A DNA stretch of 64,000 bases from Octopus sinensis (lineage: Eukaryota), in NCBI RefSeq assembly GCF_006345805.1, contig NC_043003.1, forward strand, positions 72,912,001 through 72,976,000. Reading direction: 5' to 3'. Under the pieces are notes generated by a model. That model ran no database searches. It saw only the letters and a list, made by a program, of their open reading frames with translations, and had not been told where the DNA came from. Position numbers and translations under genes: made by a program. Positions within the stretch are counted from its first letter, which is position 1. Each line of letters opens with the position of its first letter. Shown one piece after another: positions 25,624 to 35,992 of the stretch.

Positions 25624-28600
25624 CATCAAGTCACATGATTTGGGAATCATAGCCATAAGTGAGACCAGACTCCACGAGCCACGGGCCCTAAAGTCCATGT
25701 TTGGCGGACAGTTTAACATTTATTTCACTCCCTGTCTGCCAAGGATGGGCGGTAGTGGCACCGCGGTACTTTTTCACAAGAGCCTGGATCTCGAAGTCAA
25801 GACGATATTCGTAGACCCGGAGGGTAGACTGATCGTTCTGGATGTTGACGGCAGCAATGGGCGCGCTTTTCGACTCGTATCAGTCTACGCACTGCCCTTA
25901 ACAGGTCGGGCGGATTTCTTTCGACGTCTAGAAGTATTCTTGGGAACGTCTCGTCCTTTACTCTTAGTGGGGGATTGGAATGCTACCTTGGACACGCATG
26001 TAGACTACGTGGGTAGAGACAGAAACAGAAGGGGATGCAAATGCCTCAGAGACCTGCTCAGACGATTCCAACTGTCTGACAGGTACCGACTCGACCACCC
26101 AAATGCACCAACGTGGACATGGAGCAACCGCAGTGGGTCGTCGAGATCGTATCTAGATAGGATAATGTGTAGGACAGTAGACAAGGATAACTTAGGATGT
26201 CCACAATTCCACACAGTCAGCTACACGGATCACAAATTGGTGACGTGTACGCTAGACTTAGATAAGGCACATAGACAGGGTCCTGGGTACTGGAAACTGA
26301 ACGCCTCATTCCCGTCCAGACAAGTTTTCCGAGACCGGATTAGCACACTAGTAAAGAGGGCTTTGACGGGAGCCATCATCAACAAATGGTGGTTTGCCCT
26401 CAAGAGAGCAGTAAAAGCAGAAGCGATTAGGTACAGTAAAAAAGCACTAGCCATAGATAGAAATAGAGTAGAGGGTGAGCTAGTTAAGAAGCTAGAAGAG
26501 GCAATTAGAAGCGGCATCGCATCCGACGTTTTGGCGGCGAGGTTGGCCCTCGACCAACACTTCAACGCCAAACACGAAGGATGTGCTGTCAGAGCTAGGA
26601 TGCGTGCTCTAAGGAACGAAGGTGTTGGAGCCGCGAGAGAGGCCCGGGTGGCAAAGGCGCAACAGGGCAACAAAGCCACCATTCGGTCACTGGTAGATGA
26701 ACAGGGGCGCGAATTGCTCGAGCCAAGTAAAATGTGTGAGGCCTTTCAGCAGCATTTTGCCCGACTGTTCGGGACGAGTGGAGGGCAAGAACGTAGGGTG
26801 GACTTCAGTGCCTACCTACATAGGCTGCCTCGACTCTCGACAAGAAAGACAGGGTGCTGCGAAGGTGCCATCACGGCGGCGGAAGTGCAGGAAGCGATAG
26901 CAGAATGCTCGAGGGACAAATCACCGAGTTTGGATGGTCTACCCTACGAGTTTTACAATTGTATGCCAGACTTGTTTGGAGACGTCTTGGCAGCGGTATA
27001 CTGCAACTGGCAGCAAAACGGGAGCATACCCGGTTTTGTGAGTCGAGGAGCTGTAACTCTGCTGAAGAAAGATCCAAACAAGGGAAACATTATAGATAAC
27101 TTTAGACCAATCACGCTGCTCAATGCAGACCTGAAAATTTTGACAAAGGTGTTAGCCAAGAGGTTGGCGCTTGTCATCGAGAAACTGGTCGACAACGCAC
27201 AAACGTGCGCCGTGCCGGGCCAGAGCATCCATGACAACCTCCATCTGATGCGCTACATCATAGACAGGGTAGTTAACGAACCTGGCATGGGTGGGGCCCT
27301 GATCAACTTGGATCAATCGAAAGCCTTTGATAGGGTAGACCATCGATACTTGGAGGCAGTCCTGAGAGCGGCTGGTTTCGGTCCCGTCTTCCGCGGCTGG
27401 ATAGCTGCTTTGTACAGAGGCATCCGTTCGGTAATTCGCGTAAATGGACATCTATCGAGACCTTTCGACATTGCACGTTCGGTCCGTCAGGGATGCCCCC
27501 TCTCGGCGCTTCTATACGTATTGACTCTTGAGCCACTACTGCGGAAGCTGGCGACTCTAAGGGGCATCCCGCGAGAATTGGGATGCGGGACGAGCGTGTC
27601 TGCATACGCGGACGACGTCACCGTCATAGTGTCAAGCCACGAGCACATCGAGCGGGTCGGCGAGACACTGAAAGACTACGAAGCGGTGACAGGAGCAAAA
27701 ATCAACCGGGAAAAGTCAGTGGGCTTGCGGCTCGGCACCTGGAGAAGCAAGCCCATGCCGTCCACCAGTACCTCCGTCGTGGGACGCTGGACAGACGGCC
27801 CGGTTGAGTTGCTCGGGGTCTGGTTCGGTCCGGACCTCCAAATGGAGAAGAACTGGAACGAGATAACGAGTAGGGTGGTCACTCTCGCCCAGCAATGGGC
27901 CGAGAGGAAACTGTCCCTAAAAGGTCGGGCGGAGGTGGTGAACGCGTACATCGCGTCCATCATTTACTACAGCCTGACCGTCGTACCTTGTCCCGACCCT
28001 ACCATCACCAAACTAGAACGCATTCTCTTCCGCTTCTTGTGGAAAGGATGCGTCCCGATGGTCAGGCGATCCATTTGCTGTCAACACCCGTTAAAAGGAG
28101 GGCTAGGCATGCCGTGGTTGATGATGCGCAGACACGCGCTGAGACTGCGACATCTCCGGCTCTATGTAGACGACGGTGAACAGGTGTGGTCGCCGTTTGT
28201 GAGGCACGCATTCCCGCAACTCGTCTCCATGACCGAACTACAGTCGTGGATCAAAAAGAGGCCGAGGAAGGGCGAATGGCACCGCGAGTGTCGCGTTGCT
28301 CTCAAGCAAATCTGCCGTCCCGGGTCGACCTTGAGTGACTTCAACACAACCAAATCATTCTATAGGGGATTAGTGGAGGGGAGGTACGACGACGAGCTCG
28401 GGGCAAACCTGGGCGTCGACGAGGAATACCTGACCCGCCTGTTTCAAACGACTTTCGGCCCGGGACCTATGGACAACTTCCAGAGATCCCTGGCCTGGCG
28501 GTGCTACCGAGAAGCGCTACCCGTTCGGGATAAGCTCTATAGGCATGGCTCGAGAAACACGGGGCCGACCTGCCCGAGATGCGGGCAGAGCGACGAAACT

Positions 28601-28990
28601 GCTCTGCACGCAATCGTGCAGTGTCCAGCAATTTCCCACCTGTGGGCTTATGTCGAACGACTGCTGTCACGTGTGGGACGTGTCGGTTTATCAGCCGAGT
28701 CTATCGTTAATATCGTCGCGCCTCCTTCCTTCAAACGGGAAGGAAGAGCTATTTTTATCATACTTGTGGCTATGGCGAAAGAATGTATCTGGTGGACGCG
28801 CCTGAAAGGATTAGAGGCAAACACTTTCCTCTCTGGTCAATCTCTCATCAACTTCTTCAAGTATCACTTGAAGAGGAAAGTGAGAGTAGAGAGGCAAGTT
28901 TTGTCTAGTGAATGTTTTAAAAAAAGATGGGTGAATGTAGCAAGGATGGCACGTATGAATGACGAAGCCACCTTGACTATGATTCTATGA
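25553..28990 (+). CDS. Non-LTR retrotransposon ORF2 (L1/Tx1 clade): APE endonuclease + reverse transcriptase + C-terminal Cys/His zinc finger, uninterrupted 1145 aa
   Basis: APE motifs VNARGL, SETR, LVGDWNA, SYLDRI and TDHKLV; RT motifs NFRPITLLN, DQSKAFDRV, RQGCPLS and AYADD; C-terminal CPRCGQSDETALHAIVQC. GGLGMP and the overall layout are typical of L1/Tx1. Confidence 0.96.
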   Translation: MVKIGCVNARGLGSPWKQRYLLNDIKSHDLGIIAISETRLHEPRALKSMFGGQFNIYFTPCLPRMGGSGTAVLFHKSLDLEVKTIFVDPEGRLIVLDVDGSNGRAFRLVSVYALPLTGRADFFRRLEVFLGTSRPLLLVGDWNATLDTHVDYVGRDRNRRGCKCLRDLLRRFQLSDRYRLDHPNAPTWTWSNRSGSSRSYLDRIMCRTVDKDNLGCPQFHTVSYTDHKLVTCTLDLDKAHRQGPGYWKLNASFPSRQVFRDRISTLVKRALTGAIINKWWFALKRAVKAEAIRYSKKALAIDRNRVEGELVKKLEEAIRSGIASDVLAARLALDQHFNAKHEGCAVRARMRALRNEGVGAAREARVAKAQQGNKATIRSLVDEQGRELLEPSKMCEAFQQHFARLFGTSGGQERRVDFSAYLHRLPRLSTRKTGCCEGAITAAEVQEAIAECSRDKSPSLDGLPYEFYNCMPDLFGDVLAAVYCNWQQNGSIPGFVSRGAVTLLKKDPNKGNIIDNFRPITLLNADLKILTKVLAKRLALVIEKLVDNAQTCAVPGQSIHDNLHLMRYIIDRVVNEPGMGGALINLDQSKAFDRVDHRYLEAVLRAAGFGPVFRGWIAALYRGIRSVIRVNGHLSRPFDIARSVRQGCPLSALLYVLTLEPLLRKLATLRGIPRELGCGTSVSAYADDVTVIVSSHEHIERVGETLKDYEAVTGAKINREKSVGLRLGTWRSKPMPSTSTSVVGRWTDGPVELLGVWFGPDLQMEKNWNEITSRVVTLAQQWAERKLSLKGRAEVVNAYIASIIYYSLTVVPCPDPTITKLERILFRFLWKGCVPMVRRSICCQHPLKGGLGMPWLMMRRHALRLRHLRLYVDDGEQVWSPFVRHAFPQLVSMTELQSWIKKRPRKGEWHRECRVALKQICRPGSTLSDFNTTKSFYRGLVEGRYDDELGANLGVDEEYLTRLFQTTFGPGPMDNFQRSLAWRCYREALPVRDKLYRHGSRNTGPTCPRCGQSDETALHAIVQCPAISHLWAYVERLLSRVGRVGLSAESIVNIVAPPSFKREGRAIFIILVAMAKECIWWTRLKGLEANTFLSGQSLINFFKYHLKRKVRVERQVLSSECFKKRWVNVARMARMNDEATLTMIL

Positions 28991-29353
28991 ACCATAAAAA
29001 TTAATACAGAGAGTTGCTTATTTGCAAAAAAAAAGAAAAGAAATATAACATGTGACTTCATTGACCGAGGTTACCGTGGTCTTTTCCGTAGGCTTTTCTT
29101 TCCACGGGTAAACCTCACCTGTCCTCCCCTTTACACTTCATATTGACATTTCTGTGATAACGATCCCTATTATTCATTTTTTTTTCTCCCCCCACCCTTT
29201 TTTAACCCCTCCCTTTTTTTGTCCTTTTTCTTTCCTTTTACGATCCCTTTTGATCGAAAACCACCACTCTCTTTTTTTTTACCCCCAAAAGAAAAGCTCT
29301 ACCTTGTAATTTGTTCTATCTGTGTGCAGCCCTGTGTGGCTAATAAAGAAACA

Positions 29354-29381
29354 TATCTATCTATCTATCTATCTATCTATC

Positions 29382-29437
<56 letters not shown>
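29354..29437. repeat. (TATC)n array at the LINE 3' junction
   Basis: Direct reading. Confidence 0.97.
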
Positions 29438-29447
29438 GCTAATGTAC

Positions 29448-29935
29448 GGACGTCAGTCAAATCGGCTGCTCGAAAGTTGGCAATTTTGTGCTATCAAAAG
29501 TTTGTTTTATATAGTGTTTTTATGCAAAGTTTTTCTAACAACTAATACATTCGGTCTTGCTAATTATTTCTTCATTTTGTGAGATTGTCTTCGGCTATAT
29601 TAGCCATTTTCCTTTCGAGGATGGCGTCTTCAAGCCATGAATACAGCGTTTCTATCATGACAAACGCTAGTCTTCTCGGAGACACGTTTGACATAGAATT
29701 TCCTAGCCTCCCACTACTACAATTCAATGAGAGAAAGACAGAAAAAATTTAAAAACAACAAATGCAGATGTTAACATAAATGCCAATACCACCACCAACA
29801 ACGACAACGAAATCATCGCAAAGCCGTCCACCGTGACCTCTACCAAAGGCAGTACCTCCAACATCAACACCACTACTACAACTTCTACTGCTACAACTAT
29901 CACCACTGCAGCCGACACCACCACCAGTTATAAGC
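29448..29935 (+). mobile_element. 5' head (5'UTR + ORF1 N-terminus) of a diverged Tx1-like paralog
   Basis: GACGTCAGTCAAATCGGCTGCTCGAAAGTTGG aligns with GACGCAAGTCAAATGGGCTCCACGTAAGTTGG at ~23209. Both have TAGCCATTTT before the start codon. MASSSHE vs VATGHHE, and AKPSTVTST vs ARPSTVNTI. Confidence 0.7.
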
Positions 29936-30014
29936 TATACATTCCCGGTAAAAACTTTATAAATTTTTTAAGCGTCTTGCTTTCTTTTTTTCCATAGAAA
30001 ATGAAGAAAATGAA

Positions 30015-30255
30015 TATAGTAAATGTAAACTTCCTTGGTCGTGTTCTGAATTTAAGTACAGGACTATACCAACCATATCATAAACCTAATGAGTGCTGGA
30101 TGTAAATTCTACGCTAAATACAAATTCTAATCATCAAATTTTATCGTTAAAAATATATCAACTCGTACTTCGAAAACTTCTGCTAAAGTGGATGTATTTG
30201 CACAAAATCAAAAATGCTACAACCATACATTATCTGAAGCTGGGCATAAAGACAA
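30015..30255 (+). mobile_element. Penelope-like RT C-terminal fragment
   Basis: VNFLGRVLNLSTGLYQPYHKPNE parallels NFLDVSLNLNTNLYHPSHKPNQ at ~9345. Confidence 0.7.
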
Positions 30256-31157
30256 CATTTACTGTATCAAGAATCAAAATTGCAGGTGATTGTACGTATT
30301 ATTACTTAGGTTAAATCTAGATTACATAACCATTATTTTTCATTTAAGTTTAGAAGAAAATGTAATTATATGAATCTTAGTAAAGGTATTTGAGATTTGA
30401 AAGATAGTAACATGAACTATATATAATGGTCCATTATTAGTTACGCACCATCGTACAATACTTGTAATTTTAAATGTGAATATTGCCTATAGAAAATGTA
30501 TAGTATAATTATATCAAAATTAGATATATTAAATTGTAAAAACAATCTTACATTGAAATATTCTCGTAAATATAGAAAAGCATTTAGATATTTCAATAGT
30601 AAATAACGTATTAATTATAACTACTTTTCCTATAATCTAATAAGGATAATTCTTCTTAGAAATGTTCTAGCATATTTGTTAGACAGATAACTAAATGTTG
30701 TGACAGAATTTCTGTGCTTAATTCTTCATCATAAGTTTAAATACTGAACTGGCTGTTCTTGGTATATTATATTTCTTCTAAATGTTCTTTTTGTACGCGT
30801 TCACCTTTTAGAGATAATTTCTCAATTCACTTTGAATGTAGTCTATTTTGGATTACCTTAATAACATTGTGTTAGAATAAAATTTCGGAAATATTGGCTT
30901 GATTGGTATTTTGTACCCTTTTTTTGTATCTAAATATGCTGGTACAGTAGAAACGATCATCGATAAATAAAAATGTGATTGTCTCCATTGTTGTTCTTGT
31001 TATATGTTTATAACACATCCGAGAACTATAAATGGTCTATTATTTCTCTACTCACCTTTTGTTCAATTTAAGATGGTGCAAATAATTATGGTTTCTGATC
31101 ATAGTGAAACTAAAACTTTAGTACCCACCGATTAACAAACCAGACACGTTTTATCTT

Positions 31158-31405
31158 CTTGTCAAAAACTCTATAACTTGATTTAGATATATTTATGTAA
31201 ACTATTTTTTTTATCGTATTATCATTGTAAAAAATTTAATTACCTGATCTGAATGTTTTTATGTAAACTATTTTTTGATTCATTACAGAGGATACACAAA
31301 GCCTCAAAATTTTTCTTATCATTGTCAAAAACTCTGTCACTTGATTTGAATACATTTATGTAAACTAATTTTTGACACCACAGAGGATAAGCAAAGCCTC
31401 ACATT
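31158..31405. repeat. Degenerate three-copy minisatellite
   Basis: TTTATGTAAACTA(T/A)TTTTT x3; TTGTCAAAAACTCT x2; ACAGAGGATA..CAAAGCCTCA x2. Confidence 0.8.
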
Positions 31406-32339
31406 TTACTTTTGAAAATCTTTTTAAGTAAGTGAAACCGGTGAAATTAATAAATACTTTTTAAAAGACTCCTGTTGTGAGTATTTCATCTCGGGTTAAT
31501 AACGATTAATCAGACCTATGATGAAAAGTCTTACAGTCACGATAACTTCGTTCTTCTAGAGGCATACAGAACAATATTATCCGATGTGTCTACTCCCTTC
31601 TAAAGAATTGTAGGGTGTTAGTCGAAGGATATTTAGCTGCTACTTGAACTTCCTTTATACTCTCGTTTCATTGCAGACATTAACATGAAATTGTGCAGGC
31701 TTAATATTAACGGCATCGGCATCTGTGAATTCTTGAATAATTATGGGTGCATTTCACAGCGGGTTAAGTAAGAAAAGTTAATAAGTCAAAGGAAATGATC
31801 AGCCTCGGATTGAAATACTTGTCATGGTCGAAGATTGACTCAAACCTTCTCCTTGTACGAAGGTGACTATGCCATCCGCCCGTCCAGAGATGATTGAATC
31901 AGTTCGCCAATCTATATTTGACGTTTGATTAACGGACTGATTCAATCAAGATTTCATGCAGCAGTTCTTTCAATGATTCAGAACAGTCAGTCATTTCGGC
32001 AGTTTATTCAATACGCAATCGCGCCAAACCTAACGTGATATCTGATTAATGTACATCATCAGAGGAATCGTGATTCTCTATCAGTTATATTACATAGATT
32101 AGATTATCGAAAGAAGCAGTCGCTTAGAAACTTGTTCATTGGATTGCGAACATTGGAGATTTTACATGATCCCCTTGATACGTACAGGAGTTATTGAGAG
32201 AGAAATAATAGCATATATTCTGAGATTTCGTAAGTTTACAAGTAAGTTAATAATATAGAATATCATTGGTTTCTACTTGGTTAAGCACAAAACAACTAAT
32301 GTTTTAGAACCAAACAATATGCAGAGTATGAATTGCTTA

Positions 32340-32720
32340 TAGTTCTATATTTAAGAGGAAGAGGAGTAGTGTTTGTTATTTAATGGTATGGTGTAAGTGG
32401 TGGCTTTTTGACGATAGTTTTCACAGGTTCTCCGGCATGTGAGCTTGGCACGTTGGGCGTACATCTTGAACAACTACAAGTGATGCCCAAAGGTATATTT
32501 CTGAGTGAAGTTTGGGGGAAAGAATAAATGGGAGAAATGGTTACTGTGAAACTTAGGGTGAAGAGTGGACAATATATAGGTGACAAGGAAAGATAAGTGA
32601 TTCAAGATAGTTTTTAAGGAGAGGTAACACGAAACTAGCTTGTGAAGAGCAAATAAAGCTGCAGTAGTGACAGAAAATGAAGAGACCACGCTATAGGACA
32701 AAATTTAATGTGTGGTGGAG
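32340..32720 (-). mobile_element. Possible degenerate Penelope-like linker/GIY-YIG fragment
   Basis: Pyrimidine-rich region with HLFF..SLRN..GITCSCSRC..HAGE; weak. Confidence 0.35.
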
Positions 32721-33622
32721 ACCGATTTCTTGGCAATCATTCGGATAATATATTCTTGATAGTATAGGATATATCGATGTCTTGAAGCGACACCTGTCCA
32801 GATGGTTGAACAGAATGCTACCTTGTTCTACCCGAGTTTTGTAAGCGATTAATAACTATCGGTCGCTGGCTATTTTATAGGACTGAGTAAGAAAGCCAAA
32901 CTTAAGTTGCATCTTTGTTATATCGAGGATTAACCGAGTATCGAAACCTAGTTAATACCTGCATGACTTATCTCTTGCTCCAAAGCGCTCACCAATATGT
33001 TAAAAAAAACCCCAAACATTTGATCAAGGGACTATAAGATAATGCTTTCTTTTTTCCTCTAAATATTTACAATTCTAGTATTCAAATTTTCTAGAGATAG
33101 TTTTCAATTACAAATTCCAAGATTTTAATTTTAAATGTTTGAATAAATTTTATGAATATTGAAAGGATATTTAATTTTGTAAAAAATTTTGAATGTCTTT
33201 GAATGTCACAAACTATGTTATTTATTAACAATTGTGAACGTGAATTAAAGTAGCTTGTCACTTGATGCGTGCAGTATCGATGGCCAAGACAACTGGGATT
33301 TGTTCAATTTACGTCGAAACAAAAGCAGCAACATTGGTTTTTAGCTGCACAGAAACTGGTCGCATTTCTGATCCTTCAGTATCTTCAATTTAAATACTTC
33401 AGAGGATATTTTCACCAAAATATTTAAACTATGAGGGAGACTTCTATGTGAACTTTCGATCTGACGAAAATACCAGCCAAATCACCGTCAAATCAAATCT
33501 TATCGTTTTAAAAGAGTAGATAGATATTTAAGTCAAAGTAGTTACGAGTGGCTTACTTTTAGATAACAGAAATGCTGCATCAATGATGTGGACGACGACA
33601 ACGGCAACAACAACAACAATAA

Positions 33623-34008
33623 GAACTACTACTACTACTACTACTACTACAGCAACAGCAGCAGCAGCAACGGCAACGACAGCCGTTCAAGAATTTGGAC
33701 CTGGAGATCTCCATTTCCAGTGACTTCGAGGGTCACCTCCCAGTGGTGTCGGGCGTCAACGAAGAGCCCTCGACTACAACAAAACGACCAAAGTTTTTTT
33801 CCAAGGTCTGGTGTCTCCCGCCCCTAAGCCCTAGACTATCACCTAATCACCCTTACCCGTCTTGTTGCTTAACAACAACAGCAATGACAACACAAACAAC
33901 AACGACAAAATCATGGAACGACTTCAATCAGTGGCATTCTAATCCTAGATTCAGAAACAAGTTACACGGTCATTCAGAACGTTGTTTACAGCAAAATATG
34001 AAACCAAG
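33623..34008 (+). other. Candidate host coding exon (unverified)
   Basis: A 129-codon open frame in non-TE-looking sequence (QQQRQRQPFKNLDLEISISSDFEG..PPLSPRLSP..) ending at a donor-like AAG|GTAAAA at 34008/34009; no recognisable domain. Confidence 0.25.
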
Positions 34009-35076
34009 GTAAAATACAACTTTCAACATAATTCAAACATAACAATATTTGATGGCACCGGTTGTGAAATGAGGATTCATTTGAACTTTTACTACATAAA
34101 TGGTAATTATTCTTAGAGAATAATCTGAACGAAATTTGCGTCTAGATCATACACTAATGAAAGCATGCTATTTTTAATCATTATATTTCTTTCGTCACTC
34201 CAGTGCAGAGGGTTGAGTAGCTCCATACTATTACTTTTAAAATTTAAATGGCTTTGTCAGGAGCGGAATAGTAGCATCCATAATCGTTTTTACAGTCTGA
34301 GTCTGGTGGTAATAATCAAGAAATTATTCTTAAAATGGAGAGCTAGTTTGGGCTCCTGCAACAGGGTAAACCATGAAAGGGCACTCAGGAGACAAATATG
34401 TGGTGTAAACAGGGTGAAAGTTTAATTATACGATCCAACTTAACATGCGATGTTGTGTTCAGTAATTTCATGGATCGTGAGCAATAAACATGGAGTAAAA
34501 AATTTTTTAAATCAAGAAAAGGAGTAGCAGAAGAGAGGTAGAAAAAGAGAGATAGAAGTGTATGAGAGTGAAAAACATTTTTAATATTTTATATAATATT
34601 TGACATGTAATTTTCTGTTGCTTAAATTAGTGAAATGGTAATATTTTAATGTTTTCGTGATATTCATATCATAAAGCATCTCCATAGTATTTTAATTGTA
34701 ACAAAAATTTCTTGTGGGAATTCTTATCAGAAATCAGTGGGAGTATTTTGAAATTCACTCTTATCTTTCGTAGTACAAATTTAGGAAAACAACAGTAGCA
34801 GCAGCAACAGCAACAGCAAAAACAGCAACAACAACAAAAACTATAACAACAGTAGATTTATTGACTCAAATATTTGATTGACCCGTATAATTTTCCAATT
34901 TTTACATTGTAAATATTATTTATTCGTATTCATCTGTGTCTTTTTTGCTTGTGTTTGTTTGACATTAATTTGGAAGGCAACTCATTCAATAGACAAGAGT
35001 AGGTCCCTTGCTTCCGTTAGGGAAATAAATATTTTAGAAAAGTATATAGAAAAAGCATATAGAAGAGTATATAGAT

Positions 35077-35437
35077 GCAGGAGTGGCTGTGTGGTAAGTA
35101 GCTTGCTTAGCGAGTTCAGTTCCACTGCGTGGCACCATGGGCAAGTGCCTTCTACTATAGCCCCGGGCTGACCAAAGCCTTGTGAGTGGATTTGATAGAC
35201 GGAAACTGAAAGAAGCCCATTGTATATATATGTATATGTATATATATGTGTGTGTATTTGTGTGTCTGTGTTTGTCCCCCATAACTTCGCTTGACAACCG
35301 ATGCTGGTGTGTTTACGTCCCCGTAACTTAGCATTTCGGCAAAAGAGACCGATAGAATAAGTACTAAACTTACAAAGAATAAGTCCTCGACTAAAGGCAG
35401 TGCTCCAGCATGGCCGCAGTCAAATGACTGAAACAAG
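35077..35437 (+). mobile_element. tRNA-headed SINE family A, complete (head - internal microsatellite - tail)
   Basis: A-box TGGCTGTGTGG, B-box-like GAGTTCAGTTCC, central (TA/TG)n, tail GGCAGTGCTCCAGCATGGCCGCAGTCAAATGACTGAAAC. Confidence 0.9.
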
Positions 35438-35697
35438 CAAGTAAAGAGAAGAGTATAGGTGTGTGAATAGCTAATGGCTTAAAATTAGGTAAAGGAATGC
35501 TACATGTAATCTGTCATTCAACCTCGATCTCTCTGTGAACACAACCATGAAATTATTTACTCTCAAGTATCCCAGGACTTTTTCATGAACATCATATTAA
35601 AGTGATTTACTCTTGCCTTGAGAACAACATCTCTAACATCACACGCCCCAACCGAAAGGAAAGTATGCATCCCCATTCAAGCAGCTTTATCTGGGGC

Positions 35698-35992
35698 TGT
35701 ATTGTAACATAGTTACTCGTCGTCAATTATTGTAGTATCGCCACTATTTATGACGGTACTTCTTTATACTATAACCGTGCAGTAACAATAAACATATAAC
35801 GAAGCAATCCAACAAAGTCTCCACGAATTATACACGAAGCAACAAGCGATATTCCGACAAACTACCAAAACGACACCTTACGACTTCCAGCGATTAACGC
35901 CTACTCTCGTTCTCTCTCTCCTACTGCTATTATTTATAGACGTTCGGTCAAGTCTATTCTCGCAGGGAGGTATCGTGACTCTCGCCACAACA
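35698..35992 (-). repeat. 3' LTR of the gypsy element, preceded by a polypurine tract (AGGAGAGA, 35993-36000)
   Basis: Starts TGTTGTG on the minus strand; its first ~70 nt match 38695-38762; ends ...TGTTACAATACA. Confidence 0.75.

Larger units (their letters stand above)
23199..29353 (+). mobile_element. Full-length L1/Tx1-clade LINE (about 6.15 kb) flanked by (TATC)n on both sides
   Basis: 5'UTR + ORF1 + ORF2 + about 360 nt 3'UTR ending GGCTAATAAAGAAACA, then (TATC)n at 29354-29437; preceded by (TATC)5 at 23179-23198. Confidence 0.9.

Noticed and set aside
26005-28805. Short antisense and alternate-frame ORFs overlapping ORF2
   Set aside because: By-products of a GC-richer coding sequence; no motifs.
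31860-32050. TACGAAGGTG start and HTH-like peptide suggesting a mariner relic
   Set aside because: No diagnostic motif or second TIR.
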